A stretch of DNA of 64,000 bases, from assembly GCA_041652735.1 (NCBI GenBank), contig JBAZGT010000009.1:4563-68562 (forward strand), in the 5' to 3' direction. Positions 56,331 to 64,000 of this stretch are shown here, piece by piece. The notes under the pieces were generated by a model, which was given only the letters and a program-made list of their open reading frames with translations, did not search any database and had not been told where the DNA came from. Each line of letters begins with the position of its first letter. Positions within the stretch are counted from its first letter, which is position 1. Made by a program: the position numbers and the translations under genes. The DNA comes from Dehalococcoidales bacterium (GTDB lineage: Bacteria > Chloroflexota > Dehalococcoidia > Dehalococcoidales > RBG-16-60-22).

Positions 56331-56405
56331 AATAACATCAACCTTCCCTTAACGGAAAAAACCATCGCCGGACTCAAAGCCGGGGACAACCTGCTGCTTT
56401 CCGGC

Positions 56406-56882
56406 GTGCTTTACACAGCGCGGGACGCGGCGCATAAAAAGATGATAGAGTCGCTGGACAAAGGAGAGCCTTTGCCCTTCGATATCAAGGGACAGACGCT
56501 CTACTACATGGGGCCGTCCCCCGCCCCGCCCGGCAGAGTTATAGGGTCGGCCGGGCCTACTACCAGCGCCCGGATGGACGCCTACACGCCCCGTCTCCTG
56601 GCCGAAGGGCTAAAGGGGATGATAGGGAAGGGGGTGCGCTCTCAAGCGGTCAAAGACGCCCTGAAAAAGCATAAAGCGGTGTACCTGGCGGCGGTGGGGG
56701 GCACGGGCGCGCTCATTTCCAGGACCATCGTGAAAGCGGAGGCGGTGGCCTACCCGGAGCTGGGGCCGGAAGCCGTGCTGCGGCTGGAGGTTAAAGATTT
56801 CCCCGCCACCGTCATCAATGACGTCCACGGCGGCGACTTGTACGTAACGGGGAAAAAGCAGTATAGTTTGCCTGGTAAGTAA
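56406..56882 (+). CDS. class I fumarate/tartrate hydratase, beta subunit (start uncertain)
   Basis: LYTARDAAHKKM...YYMGPSP...GKG block. The frame is open back to 56301 and encodes the conserved LPLTEKTIAGLKAGDNLLLSG, but there is no ATG/GTG/TTG there. Confidence 0.8.
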   Translation: MLYTARDAAHKKMIESLDKGEPLPFDIKGQTLYYMGPSPAPPGRVIGSAGPTTSARMDAYTPRLLAEGLKGMIGKGVRSQAVKDALKKHKAVYLAAVGGTGALISRTIVKAEAVAYPELGPEAVLRLEVKDFPATVINDVHGGDLYVTGKKQYSLPGK

Positions 56883-56902
56883 CGCTTCCGGAGGTTTTTG
56901 TC

Positions 56903-57583
56903 ATGGCTAAAACATACCAGTATTATGATATTTCCCTGCCTTTAAACCAAATGGTCCGTGTCCTGCCCGATATGAAGCTCCCACCGAACCTGAAGCCCCC
57001 GCCGTCGAATCCCCCCTCCTCCGTCTACCGCATCCAGGATGTGAATAAGGGCGACCCGGTCACCATGGCCCGCCTTGAGTTGATTTCCCATGACGGTACG
57101 CACATCGACGCTCCGCTCCACTTTATCCCCGGCGGCACGACCATAGACGCGATGCCTATCGAGACGGCCAATGGCCCTTGTCGCGTTATCGAGATTAAAG
57201 ACGAAAAGGATATTACGATTAAGGAGATTGAGCCTTATAATATCAAAGCCGGCGAACGTATTCTTTTCAAGACGAAGAACTCGCCCCACGTTTATGACGT
57301 CCGCCAGTACACCGGCCCTTACGTCGCTATTACGCCGGCAACAGCCGATTACCTCGTGGCGAAAAAGATAAGGATAGTAGGATTGGATTACCTGACTATC
57401 GGGCACATGGACCCGCCGGATGACATCAATAAAGTCCACCGGGCGTTCCTGGGCAACGGCATCTATATTTTAGAGGCTATTAACCTGGACGGCGTGCCGG
57501 CCGGTGAGTATGAGCTTATGTGCCTGCCGCTCCGCATAGAAAACGGCGACGCCGGCCCCTGCCGCGTTATCCTGAGAAAATAA
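56903..57583 (+). CDS. cyclase-family protein (kynurenine formamidase-like metal hydrolase)
   Basis: HDGTHIDAPLHF motif; 226 aa. Confidence 0.8.
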   Translation: MAKTYQYYDISLPLNQMVRVLPDMKLPPNLKPPPSNPPSSVYRIQDVNKGDPVTMARLELISHDGTHIDAPLHFIPGGTTIDAMPIETANGPCRVIEIKDEKDITIKEIEPYNIKAGERILFKTKNSPHVYDVRQYTGPYVAITPATADYLVAKKIRIVGLDYLTIGHMDPPDDINKVHRAFLGNGIYILEAINLDGVPAGEYELMCLPLRIENGDAGPCRVILRK

Positions 57584-57698
57584 AAAAATGCCGTGCTCTC
57601 TTAAGTATCGATAGCCGCCGCGGAACGTATTTGTCCGCCGGGGGAAAAAGCGGTATAGTTTAGCCAAGCTAATTTTACCATTTACAGGAGGTTTGGCT

Positions 57699-58364
57699 GT
57701 GGCTAAAACGTACCGGTATTTCGACGTTACCCTGCCCCTCGGTAAAGACATTCCCTGCCTGCCCATCGGCACGCCGGAAAATCCCGCCGTCCCCATCCCC
57801 GTGGTCGAGCGTTTCCAGGACGTGGAGAAGGGGGATAGAGTCACCCAGTCCCGCATCGCCATGATTTCCCATGACGGCACGCACATCGATGCCCCGCTGC
57901 ACTTTATCCCCGGCGGCACGACCATCGACGCCATGCCATACGATACCACCATCGGTCCCTGCCGCGTGCTGGAAATCAAGGACGAGAAATTCGTGAAGGT
58001 GGAGGAGCTGGAGCCTTATAAAATCAAGGCCGGGGAGCGCATCCTGTTCAAGACCAGGAACTCGCCGGGGGTCTATGACGTGTGGTGGTACACCGGCCCG
58101 TTTGTCACCGTCTCCCCGGAAGCCGCCAGGTATTTAGCGGAGAGAAAGATACGGCTGGTGGGCATCGACTACCTCACGATTGCCGGCAACGACCCGCCGG
58201 AAAACATCGGCACCGTGCATGAGGCGTTTTTACGCAACGGCATTTTCATCATCGAGGGGCTGAACCTGGCGGGCATCGAGCCGGGCGACTACGAGATTAT
58301 CTGCCTGCCGCTGCGCCTGGCCAAAGGCGACGCCGGCCCCTGCCGGGTGCTGTTGAGGAAGTAG
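57699..58364 (+). CDS. cyclase-family protein (tandem paralog)
   Basis: The same HDGTHIDAPLHF motif, collinear with 56903..57583. The GTG at 57699 has AGGAGG at good spacing; the track start is 57693. Confidence 0.8.
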   Translation: MAKTYRYFDVTLPLGKDIPCLPIGTPENPAVPIPVVERFQDVEKGDRVTQSRIAMISHDGTHIDAPLHFIPGGTTIDAMPYDTTIGPCRVLEIKDEKFVKVEELEPYKIKAGERILFKTRNSPGVYDVWWYTGPFVTVSPEAARYLAERKIRLVGIDYLTIAGNDPPENIGTVHEAFLRNGIFIIEGLNLAGIEPGDYEIICLPLRLAKGDAGPCRVLLRK

Positions 58365-58384
58365 TCGAAGGGGAAAGCAGCGAG

Positions 58385-58690
58385 TAACCCGCCTGCGCTG
58401 GACCCTTCGACAAGCTCAGGGTGAGCGGAGAGAAAGGCGGTGAGATTGCCGTGCCTCCCGATTTACTAAGGGAAAAGGGAGTTCATCGGGACTCCCTCAG
58501 AATGACATTGCTTCGTTGTCATTGCGAGGCCGCAGGTCGTGGCAATCTCATTGACTTATTGCGTTGTCATTCTGGCGAAGGCCAGAATCCATCCTCTTTT
58601 CCCCGCCGCTGGATTCCGTATCAAGTACGGAATGACAATATTATTATTGGTGGGATTGCTTCACCGGCAGTGCCCACTGACAGGACAAAC
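58385..58690. repeat. cluster of REP-like elements
   Basis: CCCTTCGACAAGCTCAGGGTGAGCGG (element B family), GTCATTGCGAGGCCGCAGGTCGTGGCAATCTC, CATTCTGGC...GCCAGAATC, ATTCCGTA-TCAAG-TACGGAAT. Confidence 0.8.
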
Positions 58691-58692
58691 CG

Positions 58693-59250
58693 TTAACTAT
58701 CAACTGTAAACTTCAGCCAGTAAAGCAGCCCGGCCAGGCTCTTGCCGTCCTCTATTTTGCCGGAGGTCAGCAGCGCCGGTATTGCCGCCGCCGGCACGCG
58801 CACCAGCTCGATGCCCGCCGTGTCCTCGGCGTGGAGTTGGGAGGGGGTTAAATCCTCGGCCAGGTAGAGGTGCATGTACTCCGTGCTGAAGCCCGGCGAA
58901 AGATAAAAACCGCCCAGCCGCGTCACTTTACCGGGCTTGAAGCCGGTCTCTTCCTGCATTTCCCGGACCACCGCCGTGTCCGCGTCCTCTCCCTCATCGA
59001 TGCCCCCGGCCGGTATCTCCAAAAGATTTTTCCCCACCGGCGTGCGGTACTGGTTGACCAGCAGGACGTTGTTAGCCGCGTCCACGGGTATGACGCCGAT
59101 GCAGTCGCCATGTTCGATGATTTCCCGGGTGCTCTGGTGCCCATCGGCGGTGAGTACCGTATCGATGCGCAGGGTCAGCAGTCGCCCCTTGAAAACGTAC
59201 TCGCGGGCCAGCAACTGCTCGGCGGCGGGCTCTTGTTTATTATGCAGCAT
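58693..59250 (-). CDS. NUDIX hydrolase (ADP-ribose pyrophosphatase-like)
   Basis: Nudix box GGIDEGEDADTAVVREMQEETGF. Confidence 0.88.
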   Translation of the reverse strand: MLHNKQEPAAEQLLAREYVFKGRLLTLRIDTVLTADGHQSTREIIEHGDCIGVIPVDAANNVLLVNQYRTPVGKNLLEIPAGGIDEGEDADTAVVREMQEETGFKPGKVTRLGGFYLSPGFSTEYMHLYLAEDLTPSQLHAEDTAGIELVRVPAAAIPALLTSGKIEDGKSLAGLLYWLKFTVDS

Positions 59251-59698
59251 GATAAATCAGCGCGATTTCATCGCAGTTGGGGAACTTGGGACAGCGGAAA
59301 CAGTCCGTCCAGACCTTCCGCGGCAGCTCCATTTTATCCACATCAGCGAATTTCTGGTGCTTGAAGAACTCCGGCTGATAGGTAAAGCAGAACACCGTCT
59401 TGATGCCCAGCTCCGCCGCTTCCTTGAGGCAGGCGTTCACCAGCGTGGCGCCCAGCCCCTTTTTCTGGTTGACCTCCGCCACCGCCACCGACCTTATTTC
59501 CGCCAGGTCCGACCAGCTTACGTGCAAGGCGGCGCAGCCGACTATTTTCCCCCCGTCCCGGATAACAAAAAAGTCGCGAATGCTTTCGTATATTTCACTC
59601 AGCGGGCGCGCCAGCATCTGGCCCCTATCGGCGAAGCCGTTAATCAGCTTGTGCATCTGCGGCACGTCCGAGATTTTAGCTTTTTCTACCTGAATCAC
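59240..59698 (-). CDS. GNAT-family N-acetyltransferase
   Basis: 152 aa; acetyl-CoA site VNQKKGLGATLV. Confidence 0.8.
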   Translation of the reverse strand: MIQVEKAKISDVPQMHKLINGFADRGQMLARPLSEIYESIRDFFVIRDGGKIVGCAALHVSWSDLAEIRSVAVAEVNQKKGLGATLVNACLKEAAELGIKTVFCFTYQPEFFKHQKFADVDKMELPRKVWTDCFRCPKFPNCDEIALIYHAA

Positions 59699-60533
59699 CT
59701 TGTTTTCCTTTCAATTTATCTTCCAGCGAGCCATAAAACGATGCTTCCGGGCGGAGTCGCCGGAAACGGGTGAAGTGCCGGCTGCGCCGGATGACAACGG
59801 TATCCCCGTTAGCCAGGGTCATATTGATATGCCCGTCCACGCTCAGGGTGGCATTGTGGTAGGTATTCAAACGCAGCACTACCTCCGCCTCGCCGGAAAG
59901 CACCAGCGGGTAGGCAGGACTCAGGTGCGGCGCCACCGGCAGCAGCAGAAAGTCCAAGGAGGCGGGGTATAAAATTGGGCCTCCGGCCGCCAGCGCGTAG
60001 CCGGTGCTGCCCGTGGCCGTGGCCGCGATAACCGCGTCCGTTTTATAGGTGGGCATCGCCTGCCCGTCGATAGTTATATCCACCCTTATCAGCCTGGCTA
60101 TCTCGCCCCGCCCCACCACCACATCGTTCAGGGCGTGAAAGACCACCGCGTCCTGCCCGGCGGACTTTACCTCCGCCTGGAGCATAGCCCGCTCGTCCAG
60201 CCAGCCGCCGCCCCGTAAAATTTCCGGCAGCTTTTGCAGCGCTTCGCCGGCGTCCAGCTCGGTCATAAAGCCGAGCTTCCCCTGGTTGATACCGGTGATG
60301 GGCGTCCGGCTGGCCAGCACCACCTGCGCCGCCCGCAGAATCGTGCCGTCACCGCCTACCGTTAACACCAGCTCGGTACCGTTTAGAAGGTCGCAGGCCT
60401 CCTCCGTCTCCCAGGCGGAGCACTGCCACACGGCTACCCCCTGGGTCTTGAGGAACGCTTCCAGCTCCCGGGCTTTGGCGCGGGTTATTTCAACCTTGGG
60501 ATGGTACAGTATGCCGACTTTATTAATAGACAT
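59676..60533 (-). CDS. nadK: NAD kinase
   Basis: GGDGTILRAA motif, NDVVV, and ATGSTGYALAAGGPI. Confidence 0.9.
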   Translation of the reverse strand: MSINKVGILYHPKVEITRAKARELEAFLKTQGVAVWQCSAWETEEACDLLNGTELVLTVGGDGTILRAAQVVLASRTPITGINQGKLGFMTELDAGEALQKLPEILRGGGWLDERAMLQAEVKSAGQDAVVFHALNDVVVGRGEIARLIRVDITIDGQAMPTYKTDAVIAATATGSTGYALAAGGPILYPASLDFLLLPVAPHLSPAYPLVLSGEAEVVLRLNTYHNATLSVDGHINMTLANGDTVVIRRSRHFTRFRRLRPEASFYGSLEDKLKGKQGDSGRKS

Positions 60534-60835
60534 TTTTTAGTTCATCGGTCAGGATTTATACAGGGAAACAATGAAAAGTGTAGCAATTCCGTGTGTAAAG
60601 GTCAAGGAAGGACGCCCCGCTGTGAGCGCGAGGAGTAAACGACGAAGCAATCTTGCCGATACTGGTGAGTGGTATTTCCGTACCTGATAAGACAGGTAAG
60701 GCTGAGTTCTGGATTCCCCCGCCTCCACCCGGGGGAATATCGTTTCACTGAAAACTGAAAACTCATAACTTATAACTAACTACTCCCACTTACCTCTCAG
60801 CCCGGCAACTGTGTTAAAATGTTGGTTGAAAAACT

Positions 60836-61690
60836 ATGAAAAACACTTTAGCGCCCACCCGCTGCCGCGATACGGAGTTCCGCTGGGGAGAAAAGACCTA
60901 CGTGATGGGTATCGTGAACCTGTCACCGGACTCTTTTTCCGGCGACGGCATCGGCGAAGATTTGGAGCGGGCGGCGGCGCAGGCGCGGCGCATGGTGGAC
61001 GAGGGGGCGGACATTATCGACGTGGGGGGGGAATCGACGCGCCCCGGCACCAGGCCCCTATCTATAGAGGACGTGGAGAATGAGATAAAGCTGGTGGTCC
61101 CGGTCATCGCGCGACTGGCTAAAGAAATCAAGGTACCCATCAGCGTGGATACCTATAAGGCCCGCGTGGCGGAACGCGCCCTGGAGGCCGGGGCCAACAT
61201 GATTAACGATATCTGGGGCCTGAAGAAAGACCCCGCCCTGGCCCGGCTGGCCGCACGGGCTAAAGTGCCTATCATCCTCATGGCTAACGAGCGGGACGCC
61301 CCGCCTAAAGCGGGCATCGTGGCCAGAGTGATGGCGGACCTGGAGGGGGGCATCAATATCGCCCTGGAGGCCGGTGTCCCGGCGCAGGATATCATCGTCG
61401 ACCCGGGCTGCGGGTTCGGCAAGACTTTAGAGCAAAACCTGGAGCTGGTCAACCGCCTCAGCGAGCTTAAAGCGCTGGGCAAGCCCATTTTGCTGGGCAC
61501 ATCGCGCAAGAGCATGATAGGCTTGGTGCTGGACGCGCCCGCGGACCAACGCCTGGAGGGCAACCTGGCGGTGACGGCTATCGGCATCGCCAACGGGGCG
61601 GATATGGTGCGGGTGCATGACGTCAAACAGACGGCGCTGGTCTGCCGCATGAGTGATGCTATCATCAGAAGGGGGGCTATCGGTGAATGA
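60836..61690 (+). CDS. folP: dihydropteroate synthase
   Basis: GADIIDVGGESTRPG, DTYKA, and INDIWG blocks. Confidence 0.92.
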   Translation: MKNTLAPTRCRDTEFRWGEKTYVMGIVNLSPDSFSGDGIGEDLERAAAQARRMVDEGADIIDVGGESTRPGTRPLSIEDVENEIKLVVPVIARLAKEIKVPISVDTYKARVAERALEAGANMINDIWGLKKDPALARLAARAKVPIILMANERDAPPKAGIVARVMADLEGGINIALEAGVPAQDIIVDPGCGFGKTLEQNLELVNRLSELKALGKPILLGTSRKSMIGLVLDAPADQRLEGNLAVTAIGIANGADMVRVHDVKQTALVCRMSDAIIRRGAIGE

Positions 61691-62171
61691 AACTGTAACG
61701 GTTTACTTTTCTTTAGGCTCCAATCTGGGCAACCGGCAGGAAAACCTGGACCGCGCCCTGAAGCTGCTTTCCGAGCGCATGAGGATGGGCAAGGTCTCCG
61801 GCATTTACGATACCGAGCCTATCGGCCCCGTCAGCCAGCCGCGCTTTTTGAACCTCGCCTGCGAGGCGTTCACCCGCCTGACCCCGGAGGGCCTGCTGGC
61901 TTTAGTGAAGGGCATCGAGCTCAAGATGGGGCGGTATAGTCGCTCCGGCGAGCCGCGCATCATCGACATCGACATCCTGCTCTACGGGGATAAGGAGGTC
62001 AATACCAAAGACCTGGTGATTCCCCACCCGAGCATGGCGGAGCGCTCCTTCGTGCTCATTCCGCTGGCGGAAATAGCCCCGGACGTGGAGCACCCGGTGC
62101 TGAAGAAGAAAATCAGGGAGCTGAACAAGGCCATTAAAGAGGTTCAAGGGGTGATGAAGCTGGAGGGGTGA
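61653..62171 (+). CDS. folK: 2-amino-4-hydroxy-6-hydroxymethyldihydropterin pyrophosphokinase
   Basis: YFSLGSNLGNR, IDIDILLYG and HPSMAERSFVLIPL. The true start may be the GTG at 61683, which overlaps the folP stop. Confidence 0.88.
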   Translation: MMLSSEGGLSVNETVTVYFSLGSNLGNRQENLDRALKLLSERMRMGKVSGIYDTEPIGPVSQPRFLNLACEAFTRLTPEGLLALVKGIELKMGRYSRSGEPRIIDIDILLYGDKEVNTKDLVIPHPSMAERSFVLIPLAEIAPDVEHPVLKKKIRELNKAIKEVQGVMKLEG

Positions 62172-62277
62172 GGGATTAGGGAGTTTTGGGGAAAGGGGGA
62201 AGTTAACAGTAGACGGTAAACGGTGGGGGGAAAAGGGGAGGGGACGGTACACTCTAAACTGTTAACTATCAACTAAT

Positions 62278-62646
62278 ATGTACGAAATCACCGTGGAAAA
62301 ACACTTTGACGCCGCCCACTATTTACGCGACTACAAGGGTAAGTGCGAGAACCTGCACGGCCACCGCTATACGGTACGCGTGAAGGTGGCGGCGGACAAG
62401 CTGAACGAGATAGGCCTGGCCTATGATTTTACGGATTTAAAGGCGCATTTGAACCAGATTCTGGACCGCTACGACCACACCTGCCTCAATGACGTCCCCC
62501 CGTATGATAAAATCAACCCCTCCTCCGAGAACATAGCGGCGACGATATATAAGGAGCTTAAGGGGAAGCTGGAGAAAGAGCCTATCACCCTGACGGCGGT
62601 GGAGGCGTGGGAAACGCCGGAGCAGGGGGTTACCTATACCCCTTAA
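62278..62646 (+). CDS. 6-carboxytetrahydropterin / 6-pyruvoyl-tetrahydropterin synthase family (COG0720)
   Basis: FDAAHYL, CENLHGHRY (Cx3HGH) and LND motifs; 122 aa. Confidence 0.88.
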   Translation: MYEITVEKHFDAAHYLRDYKGKCENLHGHRYTVRVKVAADKLNEIGLAYDFTDLKAHLNQILDRYDHTCLNDVPPYDKINPSSENIAATIYKELKGKLEKEPITLTAVEAWETPEQGVTYTP

Positions 62647-62700
62647 CCCCCACCCCCCAGCAGGGGTGGGTGGTATTGGGAGTAGAAGAAAGGATACGAA

Positions 62701-63420
62701 TTATTTCTTAACCTTTTTGACCATCAAGTTATTCAAAGTCTTAATCAAACCAAGGTGAGTATCGGAGTCAAAAGGTGAAGAAGTAACGAACCGTTTTTCT
62801 TCTATTGGAACTCCTGACCTAGGGGTGATAGTAAATTGCTTTGGATTCATGCCTATTGCGTTTTTTATAAGAGTTTCATCCTTAATTTGATAACTTATTT
62901 GAGTTAATATCCCAATAGGTTCTACAATACCAGAAGCCAATTGAGTCGAAGCTTTATTCTTAACATCATTGTTGAGAAAGCTCATGAAAGATTTGCTAAA
63001 TAATTCACTAATATGAAAATCAAGAGTAACAACACATCTCGTATTTTCAGCATTGAGTAAAGGCTGTCGCAATCTTCCTACCTCTATATTGACAGCTTCA
63101 GATATTGATATCAGTAATGAATCATATACTTCGTTAGCTTGCTGGGAAGTTCCTGTTACTTCCAGTATTATTCGTCTAGGTTCTATTTCTATTTTATTTA
63201 TTATTATTATTTGTTTATTGGATTTAAACTCTCCTTTTTGAAACATAATAGAATTAATATTGTCTAGAAATGGCGGTGACTCAACTACCGTCAAAGAGAA
63301 AGACTCCTTAATTTTTTGAACGCAAGATTGAGTTGATATTATATTAAAAGGAATAACATCTACTGGAAATAACCTGATCTGAATAACAGTTATATCTGTA
63401 ATATCCTTCAATGTTGTCAT
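62701..63420 (-). CDS. hypothetical protein (239 aa) in AT-rich island
   Basis: A long ORF in a strongly AT-rich segment, 10 nt downstream of the HicB-like gene. I recognise no motif. Confidence 0.6.
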   Translation of the reverse strand: MTTLKDITDITVIQIRLFPVDVIPFNIISTQSCVQKIKESFSLTVVESPPFLDNINSIMFQKGEFKSNKQIIIINKIEIEPRRIILEVTGTSQQANEVYDSLLISISEAVNIEVGRLRQPLLNAENTRCVVTLDFHISELFSKSFMSFLNNDVKNKASTQLASGIVEPIGILTQISYQIKDETLIKNAIGMNPKQFTITPRSGVPIEEKRFVTSSPFDSDTHLGLIKTLNNLMVKKVKK

Positions 63421-63430
63421 CTCCTTTCAT

Positions 63431-64000
63431 TTATTTTTCTGCCACAGTTACAATATTAGTGTCGTTTATTGTTTCTATTGAATCCGGGGGAAAAAACTCA
63501 AAAATGCTAGTATTTTCAAGGTCTACAGCATTGTACCCCCAAGTATTCCCCAAATTAGGAGTAGTACCGGTGAAAGCTGGTATAGCAGCACCAATATGAA
63601 CGTTTGCTCCACTTATATGCATGTGTCGTCTTTGTAGACCGGTACTGGTAAGAGCTTCTCTAGAATATTGATGATATGCATTTTCACACAACCGACATTG
63701 TGTAGCGGAGCTTAGTATCAACGTTTGCTCTGTCTGTTCCATGTTTTTCTCCAATTTTACTAGTAAACTATCTAGTTTTTCCTCAACCCTATTTAGAACA
63801 CCTAAACGCCCAACTTCTTTGGCTAAAATTGTTACTATTAGCTGGTTTAAGCTTAATTTTTCGGTTTCTGCTATTAGTGATAAAGCTCGATGTAGAGAAC
63901 GTGACATGCGTAACAAAGTACGGCCGCTGAATTTCTCCCTTTCTATTGGTGTAGGAATTTCCTCGCCATCTTCTAAGCTATCTAGTACCCAGTCTTTTTT
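63431..64000 (-). CDS. HicB-family/ribbon-helix-helix protein with about 110-aa unknown C-terminal extension (N-terminus outside window)
   Basis: The frame is open to position 64000: KKDWVLDSLEDGEEIPTPIEREKFSGRTLLRMSRSLHRALSLIAETEKLSLNQLIVTILAKEVG is the HicB C-terminal RHH signature. The track start at 63916 is only an internal TTG. Confidence 0.65.
   Translation of the reverse strand, partial: KKDWVLDSLEDGEEIPTPIEREKFSGRTLLRMSRSLHRALSLIAETEKLSLNQLIVTILAKEVGRLGVLNRVEEKLDSLLVKLEKNMEQTEQTLILSSATQCRLCENAYHQYSREALTSTGLQRRHMHISGANVHIGAAIPAFTGTTPNLGNTWGYNAVDLENTSIFEFFPPDSIETINDTNIVTVAEK

Overview
A 64-kb chromosomal window, GC-rich by eye, with several visibly AT-richer islands. Almost all coding potential is accounted for. 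Gene content suggests an anaerobic, monoderm Chloroflexota/Dehalococcoidia-like organism; this is inference from gene content only. Housekeeping content: acs plus an acetate channel, an icd/aconitase-like trio, an acyl-CoA carboxyltransferase, nusB, acpP, purQ and a fused purS-purS-purL, GlcD/GlcF-like and LutA/LutB-like oxidoreductases, a two-subunit class I fumarase, nadK, and folP-folK-PTPS. Three things stand out. (1) The phosphate-uptake locus (16.2-29.4 kb, all minus strand) is interrupted by about 8 kb of secreted-protein genes. These encode four cohesin-like modules, five CARDB-like modules and membrane anchors. They are preceded by a second PstS paralog that lacks a lipobox and ends in a duplicated dockerin-type calcium-loop module. 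Two sets of four TTAACA-like hexamers in the transcribed orientation sit upstream of the two surface-protein transcription units: one set has exact 11-bp phasing and the other has 11-13 bp spacing. I read this as a candidate Pho-regulated cohesin-dockerin display system for a phosphate-binding protein. (2) A peroxide/oxygen defence island (37.7-43.4 kb) has perR-rubrerythrin-catalase-peroxiredoxin divergent from a flavodiiron-orf-SOD unit. The peroxiredoxin has an in-frame TGA exactly at the peroxidatic Cys codon, followed by a SECIS-like hairpin, so it is a candidate selenoprotein. (3) There is a dense population of intergenic repeat families. These include a 238-bp near-perfect direct repeat bracketing a GNAT-HIT cassette and composite repeats bracketing icd. 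Other items: a NYN-domain gene inserted between purL and purQ with a perfect consensus promoter firing antisense into it, gene remnants (Tex, Moco oxidoreductase), HicAB, and an AT-rich island at the 3' end. I found no rRNA, tRNA, CRISPR array, transposase or integrase.
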